Position numbers and translations under genes: made by a program. DNA of 51,183 bases, taken from Octopus bimaculoides (lineage: Eukaryota). Positions 1 to 11,233 of the stretch are shown here, one piece after another. The stretch covers positions 68,408,778 through 68,459,960 of the forward strand of contig NC_068992.1 in assembly GCF_001194135.2 (NCBI RefSeq), given 5' to 3'. The notes under the pieces are model-generated. The model worked only from the letters and a program-made list of their open reading frames with translations, did not search any database and was not told where the DNA came from. Positions within the stretch are counted from its first letter, which is position 1; each line of letters opens with the position of its first letter.

Positions 1-301
1 CAGATACCAGGAAACCCCAAAATGGCTGAAGTCCAAAAGATAGTGCTCATGGGAACTGCCCATATCCTACGTAAAATACTGTCTATGTGATCTCAAATTT
101 TAAAGCAAACATAATTTTCTTATGGTTTCTTAAACATTCACTTGAACAAAACTGTACAAATCCAAATATATGGTACCCTAGGCATAACACCTACATGAAC
201 TTCTAACTTGTTGTCTCTTGAGGTCTCTGGGTGAGACTTGGATCCAACTTGTACAAATGCAAAACAAAAGTCAAACATAAAATAATAATAATAATAATAA
301 T
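1..301 (+). mobile_element. 3' end of R4/Dong-type (RLE) non-LTR retrotransposon with (TAA)n tail
   Basis: 1-90 translates QIPGNPKMAEVQKIVLMGTAHILRKILSM*, matching the 'LQK.ALLGTA.ILRK.L' C-terminus of R4-clade ORFs; about 190-nt 3' UTR, then (AAT)n at about 281-301. Confidence 0.8.
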
Positions 302-490
302 ATCAATATCAAAAATACCTTAGGAATGAGAACCCAGGTTCGAAATTTCCCCAAGATACCTGATGAAGGCTGGAGGGTATATCAGCCGAAACGTTGTGTT
401 AACAACAAACAAGATGAGGATAAATATACGTCAAATGTAAATATATAAATAATGTACATAATTCCTCATTTCTTAAATATAGAACTAAAT
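302..490 (+). mobile_element. Penelope-like element pseudo-LTR fragment (solo)
   Basis: Contains a CTGATGA...GAAAC hammerhead-like core followed by an AT-rich tail, as known for PLE pLTRs; family assignment is by recognition. Confidence 0.55.
355..400 (+). ncRNA. Type I hammerhead ribozyme-like motif
   Basis: Stem I GATAC(355-359)/GTGTT(396-400), core CTGATGA(360-366), extra A367, stem II GGCTG(368-372)/CAGCC(383-387), GAAA(388-391), palindromic ACGT stem III, putative GUU cleavage after 395. Confidence 0.6.
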
Positions 491-575
491 TGATAATACT
501 TTGAAGGCGATAAAAATGTAAACATGTAAAACTAAGTTAATAAAATAATATTGCAAAATTCCAATTTCTTTTGAG

Positions 576-1335
576 GACGCTCATTTAGAAACTCACCTCT
601 CCAAGAAAATGAAATGCAATGTTTTAAAATATTATGGAAAATATATCCAAAATGATGTATACAAATAATTAGAAAGATTCATCCATTTTTAAATATTTTA
701 CACTAAAAAAATAAAACAGAAACGGGAAACGGGCGCCCGTGGAATATAAACAAACATGTCGGACGATACAAGGTGTGGTAATTTACATTTAGCAGTCAGG
801 TATTGTTAATGATAAGAGGTGCCTGACAATATCGTTTGTAAATTCTTGAATTTTTTCTAATCAGATTTTTTTTTTGCTGTACACATTGGTTAGGGTTAGT
901 TTTAGGGTCAGGTGGTGTCCACTCGCTTTACCTTCGCCCATTTTATGATATACGACGGAAATAATTATAAAACAATAGAGTAAATATGTTTAAGACGTAT
1001 GCAAGTTCTGTAATTTTTATTTTTGTATTCAGTTTACAGAGAAAATATATCATACGACATATAACTCAGTGGTTATTTGGCCCCCTCGTATCATTAATAA
1101 TAGCTGAATGGTAAAAGCAAATTACCACCCCTTGTATCGTCCGACATGTTTGTTTATATTCGCGAGTATCCCTTTTCTTTTTGTGTTATTTTTTAGTATA
1201 AAATATTTTAAAATGCAAGAATCTTTCTAATTTTTTTGCATACATCATTTATTTTGTATATATTTTCCATTTTCATAACTTTTTTTTAGAATTGCATTTC
1301 ATTTTCTTGGAGTGGTGCGTTTCTAAATAAATGCC
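576..1335. mobile_element. Non-autonomous DNA transposon (MITE/foldback) with about 250-bp imperfect TIRs and 8-bp TSD
   Basis: 576-~822 is the reverse complement of ~1083-1335 (e.g. aaacaaacatgtcggacgatacaag / cttgtatcgtccgacatgtttgttt); CTTTTGAG repeated at 568-575 and 1336-1343. Confidence 0.75.
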
Positions 1336-2315
1336 CTTTTGAGTACCCCCTAGTAAGGGGAATATATAGTCATATATGCTTATGTAAACTACAAAATCAT
1401 TCGTAGAAAAGATGCAACACTAAAATAAATTCATGGAGATTACCAGATATTTTGCAAACATTGCGGAAATAATAAAGAGTACAATTTGCAGGCATTCATT
1501 CAGCGGAATGTGATCTAGCGTCATCATTTGTTCTTTGGAATCTTTGGTAATGGTAAAAGTTGGAAGCGACGCAGAAGCCTTTACCAGATACTCAATAAAT
1601 GAAGAGCAAGAACTTGATTTAGTAATGCATGTAGTGAGCTCTGAAGAGTAGTAATGTTTGTCCTGATCCAAAAGTTGATAAGACGCAACTGAAATGTCTT
1701 CACTATATACGTGTTTTTTTTTTGTTTTTGTTTTTTTTTATCGGCTATAGAAAATACAGTTTCGATCTCCAACAGAGTCCGTTCTCAGAACATAGGAGAA
1801 AACAAATCGAATACTGTGATACATTTAAACCGGCGATGCACTGTTTTCGCAGTTCCAAATCTTTCGGATAAAGATTGATTGATTGAGATTCATTTTTGGC
1901 TAGGAAATTCATACAGTAATACTTCTGCTACATGACTTATTATACTATGTATTCTGTGATGTATTTAATAAGTTCCGGAACATTACTGGTTTCCTTGTCA
2001 TAAACACTAGGCGCATATTAGATCAAATCTACATCGAAAATATAGTTTGTCTACGTGAGAACGTTAGAAATACTTCTGGTTTGGAGTTATTTTTTCTGCT
2101 TCTGTATTTGTAGAATTTATCTTACGATTAGTGGAAAGATAATAAATCAAAAGAAACATTTTATTCATAGAAATGGTCAGTGTTTAGAATATATTTCAAA
2201 GATATCGTTTGCTAATATTCGTTCTATTTATTTGATGTTTTCTTCTTTGGGTTTTTTTTTTATCTTTCAGTTCTACGCAAGTTAAGGAAGAAATCATTAT
2301 CGTCATTATTATGTA

Positions 2316-2570
2316 GGTGGGTTATCAGAATTACCGGAACGTCGGACAAAATGCCTTCCGATATTTCTTCTGGCTCTTTAGATTCTGAGCTCGAATACCG
2401 CCGGGGTTAACTTTCATTCTTTTGTGGTCAATAAAATAAGGTACCAGTCAAGTACTGGTCTAATCGACTAACTACTTTCCCAAAAGTTGCTGGACTTGAA
2501 CAAATTTTGAATCCGTATTATTATCATTATCATTATTATTATTATTAGTAGTAGTAGTAGTAGTAGTAGT
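2316..2570 (+). mobile_element. Degenerate tRNA-derived SINE (same family as 2607-2833) with (TTA)/(GTA)n tail
   Basis: Colinear similarity to 2607-2833 (aaaatgc...ttctgag...gtaccagtcaagtactgg...atcgact). Confidence 0.7.
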
Positions 2571-2606
2571 AACAGTATTATTTTTAAGTAACAATATTAT
2601 GATTAA

Positions 2607-2833
2607 GGCGGCGAGCTGGCAGAATCGCTAGAACGCCGGGCAAAATGCTTAACGACTTTTCGCCCGTCTTTATGTTCTGAGTTCAAATTCGGCTGAAGTC
2701 AATTTTGCCTTTCATCCTTTTGAGATTGATAAAATATGTACCAGTCAAGTACTGGGATCCGTGTGATCGACTATACCCCTGTCTATAAATTCCAGGCCTT
2801 TTGTCTTTACCAGAAGGGGTTGTTATTATTATT
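2607..2833 (+). mobile_element. tRNA-derived SINE
   Basis: Head ggcggcgagctggcagaatcg (A-box-like) and gagttcaaattc (B-box-like), (TTA)n tail; further copies at 2316-2570 and 18340-18518. Confidence 0.8.
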
Positions 2834-3358
2834 GAGTGAGAGAGCAGCGCATGCCATCTGACACTAGGGTACAAATATACGATGCCCAATATACCCATCA
2901 TGTCTGATAAGGGTACACCAGACACATGCATCACAACCATATGCGCGCGACATGGTGATCTCATATCAAGATAAGCAGTGCATGACCTTGCAGGTGGACA
3001 CCAGTCAGAATTTTCTTGAGGTCGAGTGGACCATCCCGCTCAAAAGGTCTTGAATAGAGGTTGTTTAAGGATGATGAATGAAACGACCATGTTCCCAGAG
3101 GTGAATTATTCAAACACTCAAAATGTCTCTCAACACATGCCTATGATGCTCCCCAACTACTTCTGCTCGTGATCAGAGATGCACATACTGTCAGCCACTA
3201 AAGGATATGCTCATCTGATTAAGGTCAAGGAACTGACCAGCAAATCTGTGGTTTTGAGCAGAATATTTGTTGTAGCCCATCTTTTATACCAAGACAAAAC
3301 ATGTACTGGATAACACTTCCAATCAGTTAAGATGAGAACCCATCAAAGCCGCTACCTA
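2834..3358 (-). repeat. Unclassified interspersed repeat
   Basis: Reverse complement of ~3090-3210 aligns by eye with 19790-19915 (gtggctgaca.tatgtg...tgatca.gagcag.agtagt); no ORF. Confidence 0.55.
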
Positions 3359-3361
3359 GTA

Positions 3362-3362
<1 letters not shown>

Positions 3363-3412
<50 letters not shown>

Positions 3413-4198
3413 GAAACCTCACTGCATATTTCGAATCGTATGATGGAAAGTGTCAGTTGTCCAGAGCCAGCAGACTAAGGTGACACTCGTTTACTGGTCA
3501 TGCTTCAAGAACCCTGCAAGGAATTCTTGCAGTTCCAAGCAATGCTGATTTTTGTAAGAGTTCTACCTTCACACTTGCAGCACCAATCTTTTTCAGCCAT
3601 GTTGGACGCTGAGTGTTGATACTTTCAAGTACACCAATTACTTTTGGCATCACGTCTTCTCTCCGCATTGACCACAACCTTCATATTTCCCACTTTAAAT
3701 CGTCATAGTTGTTTATTTTTTTCTTTTTGTCTCACATTGATCCTGTTGTCTCCGGAGTTTGCTATGTCGTTTATCATACAAGTTCTTTCTTTTTTATATT
3801 TACCACAACAATGTCCGGTTTCGATGTGTGATCGGATGATCACATTGGATCATTGCATCCCACTGGTTTTGAAATTTTCCTTTTCAGTGATTCCTTCTCA
3901 TACCACATCTTTGCTCTTTGTAGGCCGTGGTTTCTATAGAGCTCCCAATGTATCATTCTAACCACATTGTCATGGCCCCTTTTGTATTCACGTTGTCCCA
4001 ATTTTGGGCATTCACTAACGATGTGCCATACCGTTTCACCCCTCTCACCACACATTCCGCATTTGTCGCTATCGGTAGTGTTGCCTATTCTGCACTTCAT
4101 ATAGTTGGTCCTTAACGCTCGTTCGTGAGGTGCGCATACGAGTGCTTGTGTCTTTATCTTTAGGTCACACCTCCTTATCCATAAGCACTGGTCCTCGG
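3363..4198 (-). mobile_element. 5'-truncated R4/Dong-type non-LTR retrotransposon (CCHC + RLE) with (TAA)n tail
   Basis: ORF 3840-4100 KCGMCGERGETVWHIVSEC...GHDNVVRMIHW (CCHC knuckle plus RHD-type motif); C-terminal LLQKSALLGTARI; (TTA)n at 3363-3410. Confidence 0.9.
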
Positions 4199-4542
4199 TA
4201 AAAATGTTATATTTTTATGAGGGATTTTGTTTTAGTATTAAATAATTAAATATTTGTGTGATTGCGAAGTAACAAGCATGACGGGCAATGCAATATTTTA
4301 TATATGTGTGAGTCATTGTGTGAGTATATGTGTGTATACAATATACATGTGAGTGTGTATGTGTAACAGATACCCAGTTGATACTCATATATGAAATGCT
4401 ATATTTCTGGCTAAAATCTTGTTCGCAAACAAAGATACTCGAAGAACAAAGGAGATTTTTTATTTTAATCTTGAAGAAACTTCTGAAGTTTTATGTCAAA
4501 ATACAATTTCTGTTTGCAATTAAGTTGACGCTCTTTTAGCAG

Positions 4543-4730
4543 TTTTTCAAATGCCGATGCGCATGCTTGTGAGCAGCATTGGCATTATTGCACAATTATT
4601 TCGTTACCATGGAATCCGCGTTGGAGCGGAATGTGTAGCATCTTGGGTAGATCATTTGAGTCTACCTGACATTGGGTCTACCTGTCTTTCAAGTGGGAAT
4701 AAGAAGAATTCGGTTGAATGTGTTGTACTT
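4543..4730 (+). CDS. Candidate host-gene exon A (unidentified product)
   Basis: Acceptor ctcttttagcag, open frame VFQMPMRMLVSSIGIIAQLFRYHGIRVGAECVASW...VECVVL, phase-0 donor GTAAGC at 4731; no homology recognised. Confidence 0.3.
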
Positions 4731-5282
4731 GTAAGCCAAAGGATGCAATTTTTCACACAGTATCACGTTAATTCTCACCTGTTAAGAGTACACACGTATG
4801 CGAAATATCAGCTATTTCCACGCTAAAATCAAAATGAAGGATATCCTGTTGATCGAACAACTAAATACTCGTTGTTAAAACCGTAATGTACATATGTGTG
4901 GGTATTCAGGGATGCCGTAGCCTGAATGTTTAAGAATTTGTTTCGCAATGAGCAGTTATAGTATACGATCTTACTGCGTGTAATCGTCTGCAAGTGTCTT
5001 TTATCATTGTCTTTAGTCAATCCAAGCCTGGTGTGTTTAATTTACTTGACGGAAAATATACAGAAGCCCAATGAATAGGCTACACCTGTAATTCAAGAAT
5101 ACAACATTGTCACACTATTGCACTGAGTTTGTGATTTACATAAATGACATATGTGTCTGAGGAAAATTCAGCCAATTACTTGTTAATTCATTGAGCAAGT
5201 AATTCAGTTGAACGAACAACTGAATACTCATCTTGTTTGTACACTCACATATGCACACATACGCACACGGACGTATATATTC

Positions 5283-5326
5283 AAGCTTGTATATATATTT
5301 ATATATATATATATATATATATCCAA

Positions 5327-5372
<46 letters not shown>
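5283..5372. repeat. (TA)n-(CA)n compound microsatellite
   Basis: Direct reading. Confidence 0.95.
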
Positions 5373-5377
<5 letters not shown>

Positions 5378-5956
5378 TAGAGTATTGTAGAAAATACTGA
5401 GAGGTGTTTATCAGCGTCCAGGTGCGTTTTCAGTTCTTATGTTGTGAGATTTGACGTTAAGTTCTGTATTTCGGGTTTCGCGTCTGTTAATCCGATTTAA
5501 TTGGTGTTAATCTCCTCTAAACAAACCACGACAAATACAAATTCTGTTTTATATTAGATGAAGGATCAATAATTATGATATCTTATTGGAGAGGACGCAA
5601 TGGTCATGAACTAATAATTATATGCATTTATATGTGTACATAATGATTTGGAAATCTATAATTGAATATGCTGTGTTGTTTCTGCTGCTATTGCGAAAAT
5701 TGCTACTATTTGTCTCAGCTAATGAACTTTTCTACAACCATTTAAACGTTGAAAGATTGTATTTTAAAAACAATTCAAAAATTGTGCTCGCTTTTTATTA
5801 TTTCTTTGGTTTGCCTTCAATAAACTAATAGAACCAGGGCGATATGACCTAAACTATATTCTATTGATCTGGAGTCTGTGTTTCTCTACTTCCTAGTATA
5901 GTTTTGTATAGCATCATAGGAGCAGACGCAGACATTCACACATACCAGAGTATGTT

Positions 5957-5993
<37 letters not shown>

Positions 5994-6486
5994 ATATGTA
6001 TGTATTTGTATGCATATGTATATGTGTGTACGTTGTGTATGTATGTACATAGATATAGGTATGTGCGTAAGTATATGTATGTGTGTGTACTCGTTGACAT
6101 GAGCGTGTTTCATCTGCGCGTGTGCACGCTTGTATGTCCTGATGCATGTGTTCTGAGGCATTATGTTTGTTAACGAAAATGATGTAAACTTTTCCTATCT
6201 GCCAATGTATCGATTTATCGATTCTTGCCATAACATTTGAACTAATGGATAATATAAAAATCGCATTTATTTTTTTCATCACATTCTTTCTTATTCGTGG
6301 AAAAAATTTAAATGTCTGCTCTTGATGCAATGCAATATCACAGAGGAAAACTCGGGGTAAATATTGAAATCTACTTTAATATCATAAATTGTTAGCTATA
6401 GAGTATCATCGAATAAACGCTAATGTCCCAGCTGGACAACAACACGATAAAGTTTCCATATTTTTCTTTTCCTTTGCATTCTTTAG

Positions 6487-6578
6487 GCTGCTTTGTTGCT
6501 TTGTGCTATATCAGCCAACATGAGTCAAACATGTCGACCGTCTTGGTTCTTACAAGCTATTTTACCTAATTATAAGAG
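6487..6578 (+). CDS. Candidate host-gene exon B
   Basis: Strong acceptor ttttcttttcctttgcattctttag; phase-0 frame AALLLCAISANMSQTCRPSWFLQAILPNYK; weak donor AG|GTGTGG. Alternatively a terminal exon (stop 6607-6609, AATAAA near 6798). Confidence 0.35.
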
Positions 6579-7548
6579 GTGTGGAAAAGATTTAGCAGAT
6601 TGTACATGAATCAATATTAGAATCATAGCTCTTTTAATGTACCAAGGCTATTTTCTTCAGCCTACAGGGTGGGATATAAGAGAGAATTGTTTATTTCGGG
6701 TAGAACAATCCAGCAGCACGAATGATCTTGTGGATGCGCCTCTATTTGATCCTGCTTGGTGAACTTTCTGAACATCATATATTATACTCTTCTTATAAAT
6801 AAACGTTGTAATCGTGTTAATGAAATACACCAATATAGTATGGAATAAGTACTTTCGACAGCTTCAGCATTTCAAGTAAGTCTTCGGATAATTTGTCTCT
6901 TTCTATTATCTTCTATAGTATGTTGAATTACACGATAACAAAAATAATCGGTTTTGAAATAAGAGATTGATATTCGTAAATGCCGCACTTGGTGAGTTTA
7001 AGCGTTTGTTAATTTTCGATAATTCACTGAATTATTCGTTGTTCTGCTTCTTCAGTTTTATTGTGTTCACTGTTTTTTTACAACTCGCCTTCAATTTTTT
7101 CAATATGATGACATTTCACTCTAATTTCTTTTCACAGAAACCATATAGACATGTGCATCATTCGAAGAAATATTTGTGTTTCCATATAGTATGTTGATAC
7201 TCATAGAAATAATTGAAACACAATATGATGACGGTCAACTGTTTCAAATATTCACTAATGGCAAACGAAAACGATAGCAACAATAGACAGATACATAGCA
7301 TTACTCACGTTTTTTTTTCGAGAATAGAACTACACCGTTTGCGAGAACAACTGTTCTGCATATATATAATGATTTCATCAATTTTATATATATATTGTTT
7401 TACAAAAGTTTCATATCAAATATACTTATCTTGAAAACACATCTTCGAAATGGGAATAATTGAGATATTCTAGTGAAATATTTTATTAATGTAAAGCTAC
7501 ATTCATTGGATGACATAATTCACTCAGCAACAGAACAAAACAGAAAAA

Positions 7549-8019
7549 TCAAAGAAAAACTATTCCATCGAAATATGCGCCTTCGGCCTCAATCACTGCG
7601 GAGTATAGTCTGGGCATTCTTTCGATCAATGGAAACAAATATTCGCTGGTAATATTTTGCCACTCCTCTTGTAAGAGTGTCCAGAGGGTTTCTGCACAAC
7701 TTGGTTCTCGATTTTTGACTCTGCAATCCAATTCATCCCACACAATTTCGATGGGATTGCAATCGGTGGGATTGGGCTGGCCATTCCATTACAGTCAACT
7801 TTTTTCGTCCGTTTTCTCCTGTAAATAATTTTGGCATAGCTTAGAAGTATATCTAGGATCATTATCTTGCATCAGCACGAAATTATCATCGATCAGCCTT
7901 GTCCCAGATGGAATGGCATAACGCTGGATGATAGAGTGATACTCGTTTCGGTTCAATATTCCTGTTACCCGATGAATATCCCCAATGCTATTGCCTCCAA
8001 ACACCCCCCAGGTCATCAT
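7549..8019 (-). pseudogene. Tc1/mariner transposase C-terminal fragment
   Basis: MTWGVF...FVLMQDNDPRYTSKLC and WDELDCRV...LQEEWQNIT...LIERMPR, typical Tc1 DD34E region; frameshifted. Confidence 0.9.
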
Positions 8020-9334
8020 ACTTCGTCACCATATATGTATATATGTGTGGGCGTATGAATGTATGGCTGGGTGAATACATATGTCTGTATAAAGATATAT
8101 ATTTCTGTGGGTTAAAATTTTTTTTAATTTTAAAAAACTTTTTATTAATTTTTTAAATTTTTATTTTATTTTATCTGTCCCATTTTATCTGTCCTTTAAG
8201 ATTTTAATAGTTTATTTTAACAGGAATTTTCTACTTCCAACCAATATTGGGACACTTACCCTCTTATCGTTGTTCTTACCTCATGGTTATTGGTATTGTG
8301 ATTTCTGTTATTATATTGGAAGATTATCTTGTGATTTTACTGATATTATTGGCATTGATATTATTGATGTTGTTGATGCTGACGCTGTCACCTTCATCAT
8401 AATGTTTTTGGTATAACACAATACTCTGCAAGTTTATTCTAATTCTCTAACATTATTCCCCCATAATGCTAGATTAAAAACTGAAAATTACTGTCTTAGA
8501 CTCCCCCATGTCCATGAAAAGCCCGTATCAAATTTCAACACATTGGCTGGAGAATATCTGACCTACATGCAATGCTAATATAGTGACGGGTGCTGACTTA
8601 TGTTTGTGAATGTCCCTCTTCCAAATTTGGCAATACAATACTCCTGCTACTATAACTATTAACGCTACTACTACTTATACTACTAGTGCTACCTCTATAA
8701 AGTATCGCTCCCGCAATTGTTCCCACCGCCTTCTAACCTGCCTTCACCCAATCTTCCCCCACCTTCCCCATACATTAGCCATTCTTCAAGTGCTCTCTTT
8801 ATTATTTCAGCAATGACTCAGACGAAAGTAGCATTGATTTTCTTAGGTTGCTCAATTTACCTCAATTGATCAATAGACCAATTGATTAAACCTATTTAAT
8901 AATGACTACTGGAAACAGCTGTAAGCCAAACTTGCTCTAATAAAGCAATTATATGTAATGACCGACATTTTAAACTTGTTTCTTACATATCGCTCTGTAA
9001 AAAAGATTACTTGGAGTTCTTCACTAACCTGGTGTACCAACAGAGAGCTTATGAAGTATTTTTCCCGGATTGATAATCCTTTATATATAGGAAGCATGCG
9101 TGTATGTTCCAAGTGATAACCCACGGTTTTAGATCTAGAAATCTGACGGTTTACTAAGAAGTACACCTTCAAAAGAATGCATGTGATATTTTATGAAACA
9201 ACACTTTCTTCTTTTGATTTACGTAACCTACATTGGAAATCTACCTGATTATTTCTGTCTATCTTAGTTTTTATCCAATTAGTCCTCAATGCTTAATCTT
9301 GTACAGTTACTAACAAACTTTTTGTTTCCTTTTC

Positions 9335-9560
9335 CAGCCTTCCTTTCTGCAACCGCAACCACGTCTCACCATTACTATTTTCTGCAACTAAATCTGGAAA
9401 TCCATCATGCAAGGTCTTCTCTTTCCAGTTAGATAATCTTGCTTCTTCTTTTTTTTTTCTAGTTTTTAACTACATTTGCTGGCCGTGGTTTCCACAGAGC
9501 TCCCAATGGATCATTCTTGCCACATTGTCATGTCGTCTTTTGTTATCGCATCATGCCACT
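9335..9560 (-). mobile_element. Degenerate R4/Dong-type fragment
   Basis: Minus strand gives NWKEKTLHDGF...GETWLRLQKG; 9480-9550 resembles the RHD region of the 3363-4198 copy. Confidence 0.65.
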
Positions 9561-11106
9561 CACTTATATTGTGGCTTATGCTCCCATTTCAGATTACATT
9601 CTACATAGTGGCGAGTCAGAGCTTTTATAAATATATACGTGTATGTATTTATATAACGTTATGAGAACCTGAACTTGTGTTCATACATATTAGCAAAATA
9701 TTTGGCCGTATGTCCTCAATTCACTAAAACAGCTACCCTGAACATCATAGTAATTTGACCTCTAAACTGGAAGCACAACCCATACTAAAATATTATTTTT
9801 TCTCCAGCAATATAAATGAAGTTCTGTCGAAGGAAACTGAATCTAGGTAATCCTCAATAATTTTATATTCTTTTAATAGTTTCATTTAAATCCATCGAAT
9901 GCAAACGTGAGTAAAATTAAGGATTATTCCAAACCTTTTATATTAACACACAACTTAAAAATAACCTTCCCTTGTATTCTCTACCTACTTTAATTAGTTG
10001 TCAAAAATACTTATCATTCAACCTATTTGCACTATTTCATGTTCAACATAGCCTTATATAATCTGTAAACAATTTCTTTCTTCAGCCAGTGCGAAACTGA
10101 GCAAACTCTCAGCTTTTGATGTAATTAATATGTATATTTATATACGTGTGTATATGCATGTGTGGGTGAATAGGTGTGTTTATATGTATATCTGTGTATA
10201 ACGTGATTGGAGCATAGACATGTACACAAACAGAGTAAGAAAAAGTAGAGATAGATAATAAATGTGATATAGGTGATGGAAAGTTTCACAATATACAATT
10301 CTTCCAAAAAATCTTTCAAGTTTTGATTATGCAAGAAATCCCTGTCTGATCATCTGAAATTATGTTTCACCCATTGTACTACAAGTTGCGGTGGAAGAAA
10401 TAAATGGCAAATATGTTGCAGTAAACGCTCCTTATGTGTGCACCAAAAAATGTTAAGACTTAAATATTATATATTACTGGAAAAACTATGCTAAAAATTA
10501 TTTTTTGTATGCATATGTGTATCTTAAAAGAACATATCTCTTTACGGCTCTACAATATACTTGTTTCAAAATGTACTCGCGGAACATATTTTCTTGATCA
10601 GCTACAAAAATGCGTTATTCTAATTTTTCCCCTACAATGATAATCTTTAAAGGTAGTTGTGGTAAAAGCTGTAAATTTTTTCAGCGTAAATAACTATTTA
10701 ATAGCAATGCAATTTTCGGTCGCAATTTGTAAATCTCGAAAGCAATTTCGCAATAATTCTTTGAAAAGCTTACACTGGCTTAATTATCATATAACCATGG
10801 TTTGTTTTATGCAAAGCTATAAACGTGAATTGTTTATTTATTTTTATTTAATTCCGATGTGTATAGAATTTGCTACAACAGATGGATGTCTATTTTCGAA
10901 GAGCTAGAAAGAAAAAATTAGAAGAAAATTATTCAAACAAGTATTACTAAGGTCAATTTTAAAGGTGTGAAATATATTTATAGGGCAGTTTCAATTTCGT
11001 CTATATACTGTACAATTACCAAAGGTCCTCGTGTGCAGAGGTTGTTAAAACGCCACTTGTAATAACTTATAATAGCAGGGCTCTACTTGAGACAACGTAA
11101 CACAAA

Positions 11107-11147
11107 TATGTGTGTGTGTGTGTGTGCACGTGTGTGAGGGCATATGG

Positions 11148-11232
<85 letters not shown>
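11107..11232. repeat. (GT)n-(GA)n microsatellite
   Basis: Direct reading. Confidence 0.95.

Positions 11233-11233
<1 letters not shown>

Noticed and set aside
888-912. TTAGGG-like repeats as an interstitial telomere
   Set aside because: Only two or three degenerate units, located inside a transposon spacer.
2607-2700. tRNA-like sequence (also at 29173 and 47283)
   Set aside because: These are SINE heads without a complete cloverleaf, not tRNA genes; no rRNA or CRISPR array was seen anywhere in the window.
6919-6991. Exon-like unit with a strong acceptor and GTGAGT donor
   Set aside because: All three frames contain stops; such pseudo-exons are common in AT-rich DNA, and it is untestable without RNA data.
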